A DNA stretch of 59,082 nt from Acidobacteriota bacterium (GTDB lineage Bacteria > Acidobacteriota > Polarisedimenticolia > Polarisedimenticolales > DASRJG01): contig JBGQLU010000003.1 of NCBI GenBank assembly GCA_041500265.1, positions 1-59,082 on the forward strand, read 5' to 3'. Shown here piece after piece: positions 57,658-59,082 of the stretch (position 1 is its first letter; each line of letters opens with the position of its first letter). The notes beneath the pieces are model-generated. The model saw only the letters and a list, made by a program, of their open reading frames with translations, ran no database searches and was not told the DNA's origin. Both the position numbers and the translations under genes were made by a program.

Positions 57658-57823
57658 GATGACCTACGCTTGCGAGAGGTGGCGTCGCACGAAGCGGCGA
57701 GCGTAGCACGGCCCGTGCGCCGCCGGCGCCGCGTCCCGTCACACCGTTTCAACCGCCGGCAGCTTCCCCGTCGCGTTCCCGCGCGGCTCCGGCCACTGGA
57801 ACGGGAGAGCATCCCGTTTCTTC

Positions 57824-57928
57824 TCAGTCCGCCGACACGATCTTGAGAAACGGCTCGGGGTCGTCGTCGATGATCTGGACCGTGGGAGTCGTGAAGAGAT
57901 CGAAGACGAAGATCAGTTCGAGCAACAT
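57824..57928 (-). CDS. Small ORF, 34 aa (MLLELIFVFDLFTTPTVQIIDDDPEPFLKIVSAD)
   Basis: GGAGGAGG RBS 4 nt before ATG, TAGAAT at 57955-57950, GC3-rich codons, hairpin at 57800-57818 after the stop. Confidence 0.6.
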   Translation of the reverse strand: MLLELIFVFDLFTTPTVQIIDDDPEPFLKIVSAD

Positions 57929-58065
57929 GGCGCCTCCTCCAGTCGGCTGATTCTACTCCCGTCCCGGCCTCACACGATCGTGCGATCAGGAAACGCCGCA
58001 CATATGAGGCGGGGACACGGTCCACCCATAACTGCGTCTGGCGGACTCGAGGAGCCGCCTGAGGA

Positions 58066-58416
58066 TCAGCTCGCGCGCGGGGAGGCCCGCCGCGTCCGAC
58101 GGGCACCGAGGGCCGCCGCCACGACGCCGCAAGCCGCGAATCCCAGAAACGCCGTGAGGTCGTGCTTGTCCCCGATCTCGAGCGTCATGTACGGCCGCGT
58201 GAGGAAGAAATCCTGGCTGAGGGCGGAGGCGAGCGCGGTGGCGAACGCGGCCGGATACCCGCCGAACTCGGCGGCGACGATGGTCACGATGATGAACGGA
58301 AACGCGAGCGTGGGGACGGCCACGGCCTCACGCAGGGGCATCAAGGCCCCGCCGACGAAGATCGCCAGGACCGGCCCGAGCGCCAGGTAGAACATCCGCT
58401 CTTCGTCGTCTCGCAC
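58066..58416 (-). CDS. Stand-alone DUF4118 (KdpD transmembrane domain-like) protein
   Basis: Four TMs with A..GG...A..TA..SAL..DFF.T.PY.TL.I....D; GTG after GGAG. Confidence 0.8.
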   Translation of the reverse strand: MRDDEERMFYLALGPVLAIFVGGALMPLREAVAVPTLAFPFIIVTIVAAEFGGYPAAFATALASALSQDFFLTRPYMTLEIGDKHDLTAFLGFAACGVVAAALGARRTRRASPRAS

Positions 58417-58469
58417 CGTCGGGTCTCCGCCGCGTCGTGCCGCAGCCCCGACCATTGGAGCAGCTTCGG

Positions 58470-58518
58470 TATCAAGACGGCGTCAAGAAGGCTCTCCGTG
58501 ACGTCAATCTTCCGTCAA
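58470..58518 (-). promoter_or_regulatory. Four phased TTGA(C/T) direct repeats (OmpR/KdpE-type boxes)
   Basis: Minus strand TTGACG-N5-TTGACG-N15-TTGACG-N5-TTGATA; spacings 11/21/11 bp. Confidence 0.6.
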
Positions 58519-58562
58519 ATCCCGGGGAGTGCGAGGCCCCCCTCCGGGCTTCCGTGGGGGGT

Positions 58563-59082
58563 TCAGTCGCGCAGGTGGTACGGCACGCTGGTCACGACCA
58601 CCCGGTGTCGGAACAGCAGCGCCCCCTTGATGAGGAGCGCGCGCTGGTTGTGAAGCAGGTGGTGCCACCACCGGGCCGGCACGAACTCGGGAAGGAGCAC
58701 GGTGACGAAGTCGTCGGGGCGCTCGTCGTCGGTGATCGCGACGTACTCGAGGAGCGGCTGCATGACGGAGCGGTACGGCGAGGCCAGGATCTCGAGGCGA
58801 ATGCCCTGCCCCCAGCGTCCCCACAGCTCGCGGATCTCGGCGGTGGCCCGAGGATCGACGTCCACGTAGACCGCCCGGACGTCGTCGGAGAGAGTGCGCG
58901 CGTACTCGAGCGCCTGCACGACGGCGCGGTGCACGCCGCCGATCGGAACGATCACGACGTTGTGGCGCCGCTCCGTCACTTTCACGTCGGCGAGCGAGAG
59001 CTGTCTGGCGACACCCTCGTAATGCCGCCGGATCGCGAGGAGGACGAAGACCAGCATCGGGATCAAGGCCACGATGACCCAC
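58563..59082 (-). CDS. APC family permease (YdaO/KimA-like), C-terminal part
   Basis: AIRRHY, VIVPI..VH..V..AL.YA, SPYRS...PL..Y, PEF.P..WW..LLHNQ.AL..K..LLF...VV.SVPY. Confidence 0.88.
   Translation of the reverse strand, partial: WVIVALIPMLVFVLLAIRRHYEGVARQLSLADVKVTERRHNVVIVPIGGVHRAVVQALEYARTLSDDVRAVYVDVDPRATAEIRELWGRWGQGIRLEILASPYRSVMQPLLEYVAITDDERPDDFVTVLLPEFVPARWWHHLLHNQRALLIKGALLFRHRVVVTSVPYHLRD

Overview
A 59-kb, very GC-rich (roughly 70%, estimated by eye) bacterial chromosomal segment with about 58 protein-coding genes. The gene content suggests an Acidobacteriota genome (inference only): GspG-like pseudopilins with the IPN(L/F)LNAVDxGKQKRTMAD motif, many secreted Kelch/FG-GAP/PKD/MopE-motif proteins, and a shared Cys-containing C-terminal domain. 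I saw no rRNA, tRNA, CRISPR array, transposase or phage gene. From left to right the window holds: the end of a surface-glycan locus (two GT4s, AsnB, two O-antigen-ligase-like proteins); a pilin plus GT-C pair; rhomboid, FTR1, PAP2 and a XanB2-like chorismatase; two divergent ECF sigma modules with readable promoters; a beta-propeller di-heme enzyme; a small-membrane-protein/SYLF cluster sharing a 19-nt motif; a MerR module with a textbook operator; a sigma54 module (GAF-GAF activator, -24/-12 promoter, STAS-like gene, unknown secreted proteins); and a K+-transport-associated right end. The strongest candidate for an undescribed system is 45013-53677, a synthase-dependent exopolysaccharide locus. 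It comprises a hyaluronan-synthase/NodC-like GT2 with an N-terminal PilZ domain, an apparently doubly inactive deacetylase/GH18 accessory protein, a TPR-deacetylase-beta-barrel fusion and a convergent GH18 with an intact catalytic motif. All family calls come from motif recognition by eye; no database searches were run.
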